From assembly GCA_948443805.1 (NCBI GenBank), contig CAOJUB010000008.1, positions 5,622 to 69,621 of the forward strand: a stretch of 64,000 nt of DNA, written 5' to 3'. Source of the DNA: an uncultured Clostridia bacterium (GTDB lineage Bacteria; Bacillota; Clostridia; Oscillospirales; UBA644). This document shows positions 18,188 to 30,679 of this stretch, piece after piece; positions within the stretch are counted from its first letter, which is position 1; every line of letters begins with the position of its first letter. The notes under the pieces were generated by a model that saw only the letters and a list, made by a program, of their open reading frames with translations, made no database searches and was not told the origin of the DNA. A program made the position numbers and the translations under genes.

Positions 18188-19339
18188 TTATCGCAATTTT
18201 TCGTCGATTTTCGGCATCCACTCGCTGATTGCAATCTGTTGGGGGCAAATCGTTTCACAGGTTTTGCAGCTGATACATTCACTGCCGCAAACCGGGCTAA
18301 ACTTTTCTAAAACCTCGGCATAAGCGTTTTTTGCCCCTTCAAGATCACCGTAGGTCTGATATTTTTTATAGGCGCTGAAAATACGGGGAATGGCAATCTG
18401 TTTCGGGCATTCGGAACAGTAGCCGCAGCCGGTGCAGGGAACGACCGAATCTTTGGTCATTACTTCCTGAACACGGCCGATCACTTTTTTCTGTTCGGCC
18501 GAAAGCATACCAACCGAGGCCTTTGCAGCCAACGCCAAATTTTCATTCAGCTGATCGAAAGAAGACATTCCGCTGAGAAGCAGCGAAATCTCCGGCATAT
18601 CCCATAAAAACGAAAGAGCCCAGTCGACCGGAGAACGTTTTTCTCCGCTGTCCTCAAACACTTTTTTTGCATTATTAGGAACATTTGCCAAAAGTCCTCC
18701 CCGCAACGGCTCCATCGCAATCACGCCGAGCCCTTTTCGGGCGGCATAGCGAAGCCCTTCCAACCCGGCCTGCGTTGCCACGTCAAGATAGTTGATCTGA
18801 ATCTGGCAAAATTCCCATAAATCCGTAGCATCAACAATTTCCCGAAACATCTGAACATCGTCATGAAAAGAAAATCCGATATGCCGGATCTTCCCCGCGG
18901 CTTTCGCCTGCTGCATTTTATCGAGAAGGCCGAACGGCAGCACCCGGTTGTTCCACAAATCACGGTTCAGGGTATGCAGCAGATAAAAATCAATCGCATC
19001 GGTCTGCAAACGGTCAAGCTGTTCGTCCAGAATCCGGAAAAAATCTTCTTCTTTTTCCAGCGCATAAACCGGCGATTTGGTAGCCAGATAGACCTTTTCA
19101 CGGTATCCGTCCTGAAGCGCCTTTCCAACAATCGTTTCGCTCATCGAACCGTGATAATGATATGCGGTATCGATATAGTTGACGCCGTTGTCAACCGCAT
19201 GGCGGAGAAGACGAACGGCCTCCGGGATATCCACATTTTTTGCATCGTCTTCCTTCCCCGGAAGCAAAGGAAAACGCATACACCCGTAACCGAGCGCAGA
19301 AACTTTGATTCCGGTTTTCCCCATCATTCTCAAATGCAT
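18188..19339 (-). CDS. Aldo/keto reductase with C-terminal 4Fe-4S dicluster
   Basis: SALGYGCMRFP, GVNYIDTAYHYH, PCTGCGYCSECP, CISCKTCETICPQ. Confidence 0.92.
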   Translation of the reverse strand: MHLRMMGKTGIKVSALGYGCMRFPLLPGKEDDAKNVDIPEAVRLLRHAVDNGVNYIDTAYHYHGSMSETIVGKALQDGYREKVYLATKSPVYALEKEEDFFRILDEQLDRLQTDAIDFYLLHTLNRDLWNNRVLPFGLLDKMQQAKAAGKIRHIGFSFHDDVQMFREIVDATDLWEFCQIQINYLDVATQAGLEGLRYAARKGLGVIAMEPLRGGLLANVPNNAKKVFEDSGEKRSPVDWALSFLWDMPEISLLLSGMSSFDQLNENLALAAKASVGMLSAEQKKVIGRVQEVMTKDSVVPCTGCGYCSECPKQIAIPRIFSAYKKYQTYGDLEGAKNAYAEVLEKFSPVCGSECISCKTCETICPQQIAISEWMPKIDEKLR

Positions 19340-19836
19340 ATTTCTCTTTCCCCTTTCCGGTTTTGATTCATACCGGGCATAGACAAAAGTGTTTCGAAAA
19401 CCAACCGGCAGGTTTCTTCCCTTACTTCGCTGCGGCTGCCCGAAAGATGCAGTTTCCGGGTAATAAAACAATCTTTTTCGAAAGAATAAAGCGAAAAAAA
19501 CACCAATCCCACCGGTTTTTCCGCCGTTCCGCCGCCGGGACCGGCAATCCCAGTAATGCCCACGCCGAAATCCGCGCCGGCCGCTTTGCAAACGCCTTTT
19601 GCCATAGCTTCAGCCGTCTGAGAAGAAACCGCGCCGAAACTTTTTAAAATTTCATCAGGAACCCCCAAAAACCGATGCTTGACCGCATTGGAATAGGAAA
19701 CGATCCCCAGATCAAAAACCTCCGAAGCCCCCGGGACATCCGTAATTCTTGAAGCCAGCAGCCCGCCGGTGCAGGATTCCGCCGTGGCGATTTTTTTCCC
19801 GGAATGCCGAAGCAGATCAATCAGTCTTTCAGGCAT
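19330..19836 (-). CDS. cinA: CinA-C / NMN deamidase family protein
   Basis: IATAESCTGG, PGASEVF, GITGIAGPGGGT..KPVG. Confidence 0.9.
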   Translation of the reverse strand: MPERLIDLLRHSGKKIATAESCTGGLLASRITDVPGASEVFDLGIVSYSNAVKHRFLGVPDEILKSFGAVSSQTAEAMAKGVCKAAGADFGVGITGIAGPGGGTAEKPVGLVFFSLYSFEKDCFITRKLHLSGSRSEVREETCRLVFETLLSMPGMNQNRKGEREICI

Positions 19837-20998
19837 GAGAAATTCTCTCCTTAGTAATGACAACCGCGTCGATCAGCTCTTCCACATTCAGCTTTGCCTC
19901 TTCTTTTTCGACATCGGCCAAACGGGGCGAGGTTTTCGGATGTTTCGGCGTAAAAACAGTGCAGCAGTCTTCATACGGTTCGATCGAAGTTTCAAAAGTA
20001 TCAATATGATAAGAAAGATCAATAATTTCCTGTTTATCACTTCCGATCAGCGGACGGAAAACCGGAAGCGAAGCAACCGCATCGGTGCAGAGAATCGCGC
20101 CGGCGGTCTGCGAAGCAACCTGCCCGAGGCTCTCTCCTGTAATCACGGCGGTGGCTTTGCAGGAAGCTGCAATTTTACAGGCAATACGAAGCATAAACCG
20201 ACGCATGATAACCGTAAACAAGTCTTCGCGGCAGCAATTCCGGATCTGTTCCTGAATCTCGGTAAAATGAACGGTATAAAGAATCATTTCCCCGCTGTAA
20301 AGCGAAAGTTTTGAAGCCAGCTTCTCCACCTTCATCTTCGCCCGTTCCGACGTATACGGCGGACTTTCAAAATGAACGGCCGAAATCCGCATTCCGCGTT
20401 TCGCCATACGGTATCCGGCAACCGGACTGTCAATTCCGCCCGAAAGCATCAGAAGGCCGTGGCCGGAAGTTCCGGCAGGCAGACCGCCCGCCCCCCTTAC
20501 CGGGTCGGCATGGATATAAATATGTCCTTCCCGGACCTCCAGAAAAACCGTAACCTGCGGCGTATGAACATCCACCGATAAATGGGGAAATTTCTCCAGC
20601 AGATATTCGCCGGCCAACGCGCCGATCTGCGGAGAATTCAAGCAGTATTTTTTATCCGCACGCTTGGCAGTGACTTTAAACGTCCCGGCAGTCTGAAACA
20701 CCTCTTCTAAATAATCGCCGCATTCCTGCAGCGCCGTGTTAAAATCATAACTTCCCTGAAGCGCACGGGTCAGCGCCGAAATGCCGAAAACCCGGGAAAG
20801 ATTTTCCAACGCCCGGCCGTAATCCGCGTCTGCCTCGGCAAAAGAGACATAAACGGTCGACTGTGCGGTTTGAATTTCCGGCGTACCGATTCCGCTAACG
20901 GCATTTCGGATATTTTTCAGCAGAATTTCCTCAAAACGCCTCCGGTTCAGACCTTTTAAAACAATTTCTCCGTATTTGAGAAGTATCACTTCATTCAT
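19829..20998 (-). CDS. thiI: tRNA 4-thiouridine synthase
   Basis: LLKYGEIVLKGLNR, THUMP domain, SGGIDSPVA PP-loop, GESLGQVASQT, EDCC. Confidence 0.95.
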   Translation of the reverse strand: MNEVILLKYGEIVLKGLNRRRFEEILLKNIRNAVSGIGTPEIQTAQSTVYVSFAEADADYGRALENLSRVFGISALTRALQGSYDFNTALQECGDYLEEVFQTAGTFKVTAKRADKKYCLNSPQIGALAGEYLLEKFPHLSVDVHTPQVTVFLEVREGHIYIHADPVRGAGGLPAGTSGHGLLMLSGGIDSPVAGYRMAKRGMRISAVHFESPPYTSERAKMKVEKLASKLSLYSGEMILYTVHFTEIQEQIRNCCREDLFTVIMRRFMLRIACKIAASCKATAVITGESLGQVASQTAGAILCTDAVASLPVFRPLIGSDKQEIIDLSYHIDTFETSIEPYEDCCTVFTPKHPKTSPRLADVEKEEAKLNVEELIDAVVITKERISHA

Positions 20999-21026
20999 GA
21001 ATCCAATTCCTTTCTGAAACAGAAGG

Positions 21027-22121
21027 TTATTTTATTTTTATCAGCGTCCGGAGCGCTTCGGAAAGCGCGGAACAAAAAAGTTCAGCCTCGGTCAGGGTAT
21101 TTTCTCCCGAAAAGCTGAAACGCAGGGTATTTTTCGAATAACGCTCCAACCCGCAGGCTTTCAGAACACGGCTGCTTTTTTTGGAAGAACAGGCCGAACC
21201 CGTAGAAACATACATCTGCCGTTCGGAAAGAAAATGCAGAATATTTTCCGCAATATATCCCTCAAAAGCAACGCTTAAAACATAAGGAGACGCCTTTTCC
21301 GGCGACAGAACAACACCGCCGAGCAATGTTGTTTGTTCCCGGAGATAGGCATTGATCCGGCAAACCGTCTGCCGATCTTTTTCCGCATTTTCAATCAAAT
21401 AATCGGCGGCATCTGCCCAGGCAACGGCTCCCGGGACATTCACGGTACCGGAAAAAATATTTTTTTCCTGTCCTCCGCCGACAATCAGCGGCCGGATCCG
21501 GATTCCTTTTTTGATATAGATTCCGCCGATCCCTTTCGGCGCATGATTTTTATGGCCGCTGAACGAAGCGAAATCCACGCAGGAATAATCAAATGCGCCG
21601 CCTTTAAGAAACCCCTGCACCGCATCGGTGTGAAAGGGAATTTTTTTCCGCCGCAACATTCTGGAAATTTCAGCGACCGGATTCACCGCCCCGGTCTCGT
21701 TATTTACCTGCATAATACTGACAAGACGGGTGTCCTCCGTCAGCGCTTTTTCAACAGCCAAAGCAGAAACAATTCCGTTTTCCGGTTTCAGATACACAAC
21801 CTCAAATTCATTTTCAAGGCTCTTAAAACACTCATAAACCGCAGGATGTTCATACTCCGAAGTAATGATCCGGCCGCCCTTTTTCCCCTGAAGATAACCG
21901 CGAACCGCCAGATTATCCGAAACGGTACCGCCGCAGGTAAAATACAGTTCCTCCGGAAGAATCCCCATGTATTTGGCCAAACGCGTCCGGGCGTCTTCCA
22001 GCGCCTTTTCCGCCAGGAAACCGCCGCCGTGCAACGACGCCGGATTCCAATACAGACCGGATTCCTCCGGAAGAGAAGAGGAAAAAGGCTTTGTCGTTGC
22101 AGCATTGTCAAAATAAATCAT
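21027..22121 (-). CDS. iscS: Cysteine desulfurase (probable ThiI partner)
   Basis: YFDNAATT, HTDAVQ, SGHKNHAPKG, STGSACSS. Confidence 0.9.
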   Translation of the reverse strand: MIYFDNAATTKPFSSSLPEESGLYWNPASLHGGGFLAEKALEDARTRLAKYMGILPEELYFTCGGTVSDNLAVRGYLQGKKGGRIITSEYEHPAVYECFKSLENEFEVVYLKPENGIVSALAVEKALTEDTRLVSIMQVNNETGAVNPVAEISRMLRRKKIPFHTDAVQGFLKGGAFDYSCVDFASFSGHKNHAPKGIGGIYIKKGIRIRPLIVGGGQEKNIFSGTVNVPGAVAWADAADYLIENAEKDRQTVCRINAYLREQTTLLGGVVLSPEKASPYVLSVAFEGYIAENILHFLSERQMYVSTGSACSSKKSSRVLKACGLERYSKNTLRFSFSGENTLTEAELFCSALSEALRTLIKIK

Positions 22122-23458
22122 TGCGGATCGTCCTCCGAAGCGGGAAAAATCTGCGCCGCAACCGGATCCAGATCCAAAATATCCGTAGCCTCGCTGTCGG
22201 GAAGGGTTTGCACCTCGCGGAGTTTGCGAAGCATGGCGTTGGTTCTCGTTCCAACCAGATCATTTAAATCTTTTTCCGCACTCTGAATCCGTTTCTTTAC
22301 ATTCTGCAGCGCACCGCCGAATTTTTCAAACTCGGTTTTCACCGCGCTCAGAAGATTCCAGACTTCATACGACCGTTTTTCGATCGCCAGCGTACGGAAG
22401 CCCATTTGCAGGCTGTTCAGGAAGGCCGATAAGGTAGATGGCCCGGAAACGCTGACATGATACTCCCGGGCAAGAAAATCGATCAGCGCCGTCCGTTTGG
22501 TCACCTCGGAATACAGCCCCTCGGTCGGCAGGAACATTAACGCAAAATCAGTGGTATTGGGAGGATCGATATATTTATCCCGGATATCCTTCGCATTCTT
22601 TTTCATTGCGTTTTCAAAATCTTTTGACGCGCGTTCCAGCAAGGCAGGGTCTCCCGCCTCTGCCGCTTCGGAAAGAGCCGAATAGACATCGAGCGGAAAT
22701 TTTGAATCAATCGGCAGATACACCGGCGCACCGTCCTGATTTTTTGCAGGCAGGCAAACGGCAAATTCCACCACATCGCGGCTGCCGCGCTTGGTGGCAA
22801 TGTTTTCTGCATACTGATCCCGGGTAAGAATCTGTTCCAGAATCCGGGAAAGCTGAATCTCCCCGAAAATTCCTCTTGTCTTCACATTGGAAAGGATTTT
22901 TTTCAGATCGCCGACTCCTGTGGCGAGCGTCTGCATTTCGCCAAGCCCCTTATACACTTCCTCCAGCCGCTGGCCAACCAGCTTAAAAGACTCGGAGACC
23001 CGGTCATTCAGCGTTTTCTGCAGTTTTTCATCCACAATCGACTGCATTTCGGAAAGCTTTTCCTGATTGGTTTTCTGCAGGGAAGAAATTTTTTCTTCGG
23101 TCGTTTTCCGAATCTGCTCCAACTGCGTTTCCTGACTTTTTTTCAGGTCGGAAAAACGGCATTCCATTTCGGAAGAAAACCGAAGCAGCCCTTCCCGCTG
23201 CACCTCATTGCCCGATTTCAGCCCTTCGGAAACCGCGCTCATCAGCGAATTCTGAATGCTGTCGAGCCGGGCGTTCATCTCACTGCGGTTGGCCGACAGC
23301 GAAGCCGCGATTTCCCGGCGGAGCTTGTCGTTTTCCCGGCCGGCGTCATTTTTCTTTTTTCCGGAAAGAAGCAAAACAATCAGCCCCAGCCCGACCAGAG
23401 AAACAACGGTCAGCAAACAAAGCAAACAAATCTGCAAAACATCCATTTCTATCTCCAT
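22118..23458 (-). CDS. rmuC: DNA recombination protein RmuC
   Basis: N-terminal TM helix, coiled coil, NVKTRGIFGEIQL, LPIDSKFP, FLPTEGLY. Confidence 0.93.
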   Translation of the reverse strand: MEIEMDVLQICLLCLLTVVSLVGLGLIVLLLSGKKKNDAGRENDKLRREIAASLSANRSEMNARLDSIQNSLMSAVSEGLKSGNEVQREGLLRFSSEMECRFSDLKKSQETQLEQIRKTTEEKISSLQKTNQEKLSEMQSIVDEKLQKTLNDRVSESFKLVGQRLEEVYKGLGEMQTLATGVGDLKKILSNVKTRGIFGEIQLSRILEQILTRDQYAENIATKRGSRDVVEFAVCLPAKNQDGAPVYLPIDSKFPLDVYSALSEAAEAGDPALLERASKDFENAMKKNAKDIRDKYIDPPNTTDFALMFLPTEGLYSEVTKRTALIDFLAREYHVSVSGPSTLSAFLNSLQMGFRTLAIEKRSYEVWNLLSAVKTEFEKFGGALQNVKKRIQSAEKDLNDLVGTRTNAMLRKLREVQTLPDSEATDILDLDPVAAQIFPASEDDPQ

Positions 23459-23479
23459 CCCGCCGTACAGCGGCGTCTT

Positions 23480-25870
23480 TTAAACTTCGTCTTCTATTTC
23501 CAGCTTCGCAAAATTACTCATCAGTTTTTTCACACCAACGCCGTCAAAACGAACCTCCAAAAGCGCATCCGAGGTCATGGCGACAACCGAAAGAACCTCC
23601 CCGCTCCCGAAAGTCCGGTGCCGAACTTTCTGTCCAACCCGATAAGCGGGCTTGGCCGCCGTCTGCCGACTCGGCGCAAACATTCCGGAAGAAAGCGCCG
23701 TGCCGCTTTTTTTCTCCGGAGAAAGACCGTGCATTCCGGTTTTCCGGGAAACCGGAGAAGAAACAGAAACCGGCGCGGGTCTGCCGGAGTCAAGCAGCTC
23801 CGAAGGGATTTCCTGCAAAAAACGGGATGGCAGACCGTTTACGACACGGCCGTAAAGAAGCCGAGACTTTGCCGAAAGCAGATGCAGATGCTCCTTTGCC
23901 CGGGTAATCGTCACATAGCAAAGCCGCCGCTCCTCCTCCAAATCCTCTTCTTCAAAACAGGACTGCGGCGAGGGGAAAAGCCCCTCTTCAAAACCCGAAA
24001 CAAACACGGTGTCAAATTCCAGCCCCTTCGCACAATGCATCGTCATCAGAACAACGGCGTCGTCACTGTCCGAAAGCGAGTCGGTCGCGCTGACAAGCGC
24101 CGTCTGCTCCAAATATCCCTGCAGCGAAGGTTCATTTCCCATTTTTCGCGCATCGTCTTCAAACTGAACAATCGAAGAAAGCAATTCTTTAATATTTTCA
24201 GTCCGGGAACGGTATTCATTGCTGTCGCAGGAAGTCCGGAGCATCGCGTCGTACCCGATCGCCTCGTACAGCTGGGTAAACAACTCGGAAAGAGGCAGTG
24301 TTTCCGACAGCGTCCGGAAGTTTTCCAAAAGCCGGGCAAAGGAAAGAAGTTTTCCCGAAGCAGAAGACAACGAGGCATACGAACCGGCATTTTGGAGAAT
24401 TTCATAAAAAGTTGTTCCTTCGCTGTCGGCAAGCGCGGCTATCTTCTCCACCGTCGCCGCGCCGATCCCGCGTTTGGGCTCATTGATGATCCGGCGGATC
24501 CGCGTGGTGTCGCGGGGGTTGGCAATCACACTCAGATAAGCGAGAATATCCTGAACCTCCTTGCGCTTGAAAAAGGCCAGTCCACCGAAAATACGATAAG
24601 GAATCCCGTTTCCGCGCAGCGCCATTTCCAGCGAGTTGCTCTGTGCGTTCGTCCGATAAAGCACGCAGTAATCCCCGTATTTCTTCCCCTTCAGAACCCC
24701 CTCGGAAACTTTGCGGCAGATATAATCCCCCTCCTCGCGCTGATCGTACACATTGGAATAGAAAATTTTCTCTCCGCCTTTTTTTTCTGTCCAGAGCGTT
24801 TTACCTTTTCTTGCTTTATTATGACCGATCACCGCGTTTGCCGCGTCAAGAATAACGCCGGTCGAACGGTAATTCTGCTCCAGACGGAGAACCTCGGCAT
24901 GGGAAAAGTCTTTTTCAAAATTCAGGATATTTCCCACCGAAGCGCCCATAAACCGGTAAATGCTCTGGTCGTCGTCCCCGACGACGCAAAGAATCCCGCC
25001 CTGGCTCAGCAACGAAACCAGCCGGTACTGCAGCGGATTGGTATCCTGATATTCGTCCACCAGAATATACCGGAACCGGCGGTGAACCTTTTCGGCTATT
25101 TCCGGATACTCTTCCAGCAGTTTCACCGTCAGAAAAATCAAATCGTCAAAATCCAGTGCGTTCGCTTCCTGCAGGCAGCGCTGATATTCCCGGTAGATTT
25201 CCGGGGTTTTCGGATGATAATAATTTTCAAAACTCCGGGCAAAAGCATCGGGGTCAAGATAGGCTCCTTTGCCCTTTGAAATATAATTCTTGATCGTTTT
25301 CGGCTTATACTGATCCGAAAGATTCATTTTCTTAATGATCGTCTCAAGAAGTTTCAGCGAATCACTCTCGTCGTAAATCGAAAATCCGCGGTCATATCCC
25401 AGTACGTCAATAAAACGGCGCAGCAGCCTGACGCAGGTCGCATGAAAAGTCAGCGCCCACAGATCGCCCGAAGAAAAACCGCATTTTTTTTCTATCCGGT
25501 CCTGCATTTCCGCCGCGGCCTTGTTCGTAAAGGTAATGGCAAGGATATGATACGGATCCACCGGATCCACCGCCGTCAGCGCACGGTAGCGCGCGCCCTG
25601 CCGCTTTTCCTTGTCTGTTAGGCAGGATTTCAGAAAGTCAAGATCATCTTCGGTAAGAGAATCCGGGGTCTGATCGGAAGTATAGCTTCTGCCGTACTGC
25701 ATCAGATAACTGATTTTATTGACAATTACCGTTGTTTTTCCGCTGCCCGCGCCGGCAAGAATCAAAAGAGGCGCCTCCCAGTGAAACACCGCTGTTTTCT
25801 GCGCCTGGTTCAGAAACGAAAATTCGTCTTCCAGTATTTTTTTTCGTAATTGGAGAAATTGTTCCTTCAT
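23480..25870 (-). CDS. pcrA: ATP-dependent DNA helicase PcrA/UvrD
   Basis: AGAGSGKT, VDEYQDTN, VGDDDQSIY, LEQNYRST, MTMHCAKGLEF, EEERRLCYV. Confidence 0.95.
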   Translation of the reverse strand: MKEQFLQLRKKILEDEFSFLNQAQKTAVFHWEAPLLILAGAGSGKTTVIVNKISYLMQYGRSYTSDQTPDSLTEDDLDFLKSCLTDKEKRQGARYRALTAVDPVDPYHILAITFTNKAAAEMQDRIEKKCGFSSGDLWALTFHATCVRLLRRFIDVLGYDRGFSIYDESDSLKLLETIIKKMNLSDQYKPKTIKNYISKGKGAYLDPDAFARSFENYYHPKTPEIYREYQRCLQEANALDFDDLIFLTVKLLEEYPEIAEKVHRRFRYILVDEYQDTNPLQYRLVSLLSQGGILCVVGDDDQSIYRFMGASVGNILNFEKDFSHAEVLRLEQNYRSTGVILDAANAVIGHNKARKGKTLWTEKKGGEKIFYSNVYDQREEGDYICRKVSEGVLKGKKYGDYCVLYRTNAQSNSLEMALRGNGIPYRIFGGLAFFKRKEVQDILAYLSVIANPRDTTRIRRIINEPKRGIGAATVEKIAALADSEGTTFYEILQNAGSYASLSSASGKLLSFARLLENFRTLSETLPLSELFTQLYEAIGYDAMLRTSCDSNEYRSRTENIKELLSSIVQFEDDARKMGNEPSLQGYLEQTALVSATDSLSDSDDAVVLMTMHCAKGLEFDTVFVSGFEEGLFPSPQSCFEEEDLEEERRLCYVTITRAKEHLHLLSAKSRLLYGRVVNGLPSRFLQEIPSELLDSGRPAPVSVSSPVSRKTGMHGLSPEKKSGTALSSGMFAPSRQTAAKPAYRVGQKVRHRTFGSGEVLSVVAMTSDALLEVRFDGVGVKKLMSNFAKLEIEDEV

Positions 25871-25980
25871 GGGATGAAAGCCCTTTCTTTTTTATCCGGC
25901 CGTTCCGGCCGCTCAGCGCACAGGAACGGATGTTTTTCTATAGAATCAATGCGTGTGCAATAAAAACACAGGGAAACATA

Positions 25981-26063
25981 TCCGGCGTTTTTCCCGGAAG
26001 AACACAAACCGAAAAGGTCTGTGTTCTTTATTTTATTATACTATATCAGCGGTTGGATTGCAA
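25981..26063 (-). promoter_or_regulatory. SigA promoter plus two-hairpin 5' leader (copy P)
   Basis: TTGCAA-17-TATAAT (26063-26035), then AAGAACACAGACCTTTTCGGTTTGTGTTCTTCCGGGAAAAACGCCGGA. Confidence 0.6.
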
Positions 26064-26263
26064 GAGAAAAAAACAAATTTTGCATTTTTTTCGCGAGTGT
26101 AAAACAGCCGTTATGCATAAGTGAAACAGAAACGGAAAAAATAAGAAATAAATCCACGGAAAAAAGTTCCGGTTGCGGATTTGCAGGGATCACAAAAAAG
26201 ACAAAACCGCCCTGCGCAAATATACCGTTTTGCCCTTGAAAAACGGTGGAATGGAGTGAATCT

Positions 26264-26971
26264 ATGAAAAAAATCGCACACACAGCCCTGGTTTTGACCC
26301 TGCTGGTTTTTTCCGCGCTGATCTGTCACAACCTATATTTTCAGAACGACATAAAAGAAACCGATTTGCAAAACGAAAGTATTCAGACGCTTTCCAAATA
26401 CGGTTCGCGCGGCGAAGAAACAAAAAAAATACAGCAGAAACTGAAAAATCTCGGCTATTACACCTATACCGTAGACGGTATTTTCGGAAGCCGGACACAA
26501 ACGGCAGTCAAGGCGTTTCAGAAAGATTACGGATTGGCAGTCGATGGAATTGCCGGCCCCAAAACCCTGAAAGCGCTCGGCATATCTTCCGGTTCCTCTT
26601 CGGTATCGGCGACCAACAACAACATCAATCTGCTAGCAAGAATCATTTCCGCCGAAGCGCGGGGAGAACCTTATACCGGTCAGGTTGCCGTCGGCGCCGT
26701 TATTTTGAACCGGGTCAAACATCCCTCTTTCCCCAACACGCTCTCCGGCGTAATCTACCAAAACGGAGCCTTTACCGCCATTGTTGACGGACAGATCAAT
26801 CAGCCGGTTGCCTCCTCCGCTTATAATGCGGCAAGAGACGCGCTTAACGGCTGGGATCCCACCGGCGGATGCATTTATTATTACAATCCGAAAACAGCAA
26901 AAAATCAATGGATCCGCTCTCTGCCGATTGCCACAACCATCGGCAACCACGTTTTTTCCCGCGGGAAATAA
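26264..26971 (+). CDS. sleB: Spore cortex-lytic enzyme
   Basis: Signal peptide, PG-binding domain (VDGIFG..T), LLARIISAEARGEPY, WDPTGG. Confidence 0.93.
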   Translation: MKKIAHTALVLTLLVFSALICHNLYFQNDIKETDLQNESIQTLSKYGSRGEETKKIQQKLKNLGYYTYTVDGIFGSRTQTAVKAFQKDYGLAVDGIAGPKTLKALGISSGSSSVSATNNNINLLARIISAEARGEPYTGQVAVGAVILNRVKHPSFPNTLSGVIYQNGAFTAIVDGQINQPVASSAYNAARDALNGWDPTGGCIYYYNPKTAKNQWIRSLPIATTIGNHVFSRGK

Positions 26972-26972
26972 A

Positions 26973-27012
26973 AAAGAAAACAGAGACCTGTCGTCAGGTC
27001 TCTGTTTTCTTT
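26973..27012. terminator. Bidirectional terminator between sleB and dnaJ
   Basis: Perfect 18-bp stem AAAGAAAACAGAGACCTG-TCGT-CAGGTCTCTGTTTTCTTT. Confidence 0.85.
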
Positions 27013-27056
27013 CTGAATTGATTTTGGAAAAAGACAGCCTTTTAAAACCGTATTTT

Positions 27057-28205
27057 TTATTTAAAAAGATCTTTTACCTTTCCCCAGAATCCTTTGTTTT
27101 TCTCATAAGCCTTCGGGGTAGTCATGCCGTCGAATTCCTGCAGAATTTCCTTCTGTTTCTGCGAAAGATGCTTGGGAATTTCAACAAGAATGTTGACATA
27201 CATATTTCCCCGGCTCTTGGAATTCAGATACGGAACGCCTTTCCCCTTCAGGGTAATTTCGGTATGAGACTGCGTACCCTCGGGAATTTTATACACCTCT
27301 TTGGTTCCATCGATTGTGGGAATTTCAATTGTCGCGCCCAAACAGGCCTGTATAAAAGTAATGTACACATCGCAGTAAATATGGTTATCCCTGCGAACAA
27401 AAATCGGATGTGGACGAACCGTAATCTGAATATTCAGATTACCGTTTCCGCCGCCCTTGATTCCATGGTCACCTTCTCCGCGAAGTGACACGGTCTGTCC
27501 GTTGTTGATACCGGCAGGAATATTCACCGAAATCGATTTTTCCCTGCGGACTCTTCCATTGCCGGAGCAGGTCTTACACACATCTTTAATAATCTTTCCC
27601 GTACCGTTACAGGAAGAACAGGTGCGCTCTGTGGAAATTGCGCCAAAAACCGTCTGAGAAACGGTCTTGACCCGTCCCGAACCATGGCAGGTCGGGCAGG
27701 TTTCAGGCGAAGACCCCTTCGCGGCGCCCGATCCCGAACAATCCGAACAGGTTTCGCGCCGAACAATATTGACCTTCTTGGTACAGCCGAAAACCGCTTC
27801 CTCAAACGTCAGCGTCAGCCGGGTGGTTACATCATCGCCGGGAATCGCGCTGGAACGGCGCCTCTGACCGCCGAAACCGCCTCCGCCGAAAAAGCTGCCG
27901 AAAATATCGCCGATATCGCCAAAATCGACAGAACCATAGCCGTATCCGGCGCCGCCCGGACCGCCGCCGTATGAAGGATCGACGCCGGCATGGCCAAAAT
28001 TATCGTACTTCTGACGTTTTTCACTATCCGAGAGAACGCCGTAGGCCTCGTTGACTTCCTTAAAATTCTTTTCGGCCTGCGCGTCTCCGGGATTGAGGTC
28101 GGGGTGATATTTTTTGGCAAGTTTGCGGTAAGCGCGTTTGATCTCCTCCGCGCTTGCCCCCTTCTCAACCCCTAAAACCTCATAAAAATCTCTTTTCTCT
28201 GCCAC
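27057..28205 (-). CDS. dnaJ: Chaperone DnaJ
   Basis: HPD J-domain, G/F region, four CxxCxGxG repeats. Confidence 0.97.
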   Translation of the reverse strand: MAEKRDFYEVLGVEKGASAEEIKRAYRKLAKKYHPDLNPGDAQAEKNFKEVNEAYGVLSDSEKRQKYDNFGHAGVDPSYGGGPGGAGYGYGSVDFGDIGDIFGSFFGGGGFGGQRRRSSAIPGDDVTTRLTLTFEEAVFGCTKKVNIVRRETCSDCSGSGAAKGSSPETCPTCHGSGRVKTVSQTVFGAISTERTCSSCNGTGKIIKDVCKTCSGNGRVRREKSISVNIPAGINNGQTVSLRGEGDHGIKGGGNGNLNIQITVRPHPIFVRRDNHIYCDVYITFIQACLGATIEIPTIDGTKEVYKIPEGTQSHTEITLKGKGVPYLNSKSRGNMYVNILVEIPKHLSQKQKEILQEFDGMTTPKAYEKNKGFWGKVKDLFK

Positions 28206-28231
28206 TGTTCAGGATCTCCTCACGGTGTCTG

Positions 28232-30121
<1,890 letters not shown>

Positions 30122-30664
30122 TTAATTCGCAACCTGAACCAGCGCATGCCGGATAATTTTGTCCCCCAGTTTATATCCCTTCTGAAGAACCATCGTCACG
30201 GTATTGGGTTCCACGCCTTCTTCCTCGGAATGCATTACCGCTTCATGCAGATTCGGGTCAAAGGCATCGCCGACGGCGCCGTAGGAAGAAACGCCGAGCT
30301 GTTCAAAACATGAAGCAAACTGATTCAGCACCATATCAACGCCTTTTTTCAACGGCGTATCCTCTTCCCCGGCAGCGGCAAGCGCCCGCTCCATATTGTC
30401 CAGCGCCGGCAACAATGCAAGAACCGTATCGCTTTTTGCATTAGCGTATGCGGCTTCTTTTTCGGTGCGGCTTCTTTTCTTGAAATTTTCAAAATCCGCA
30501 TACAAGCGCAGAAATTTATCATTCGCCTGCGCCAATTCCGCCTGCAGCGGATTTTCCTTCTGCGGACAAGAAGTTTCCGCCTCTTCGTTTATTGCGGCTC
30601 CCTCTGCTGTTTGTTTTTCTGTTTCCTCCGCGGAAACCGTTGTTTCTTTTTCCTTTTTACTCAT
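30122..30664 (-). CDS. grpE: Nucleotide exchange factor GrpE
   Basis: RLYADFENFKKR, FDPNLHEAV, QKGYKLGDKIIR. Confidence 0.96.
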   Translation of the reverse strand: MSKKEKETTVSAEETEKQTAEGAAINEEAETSCPQKENPLQAELAQANDKFLRLYADFENFKKRSRTEKEAAYANAKSDTVLALLPALDNMERALAAAGEEDTPLKKGVDMVLNQFASCFEQLGVSSYGAVGDAFDPNLHEAVMHSEEEGVEPNTVTMVLQKGYKLGDKIIRHALVQVAN

Positions 30665-30679
30665 CTGTCAGCGACTCCT

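Noticed and set aside
23618-25279. 553-aa plus-strand ORF
   Set aside because: Antisense shadow of pcrA with no recognisable motifs.
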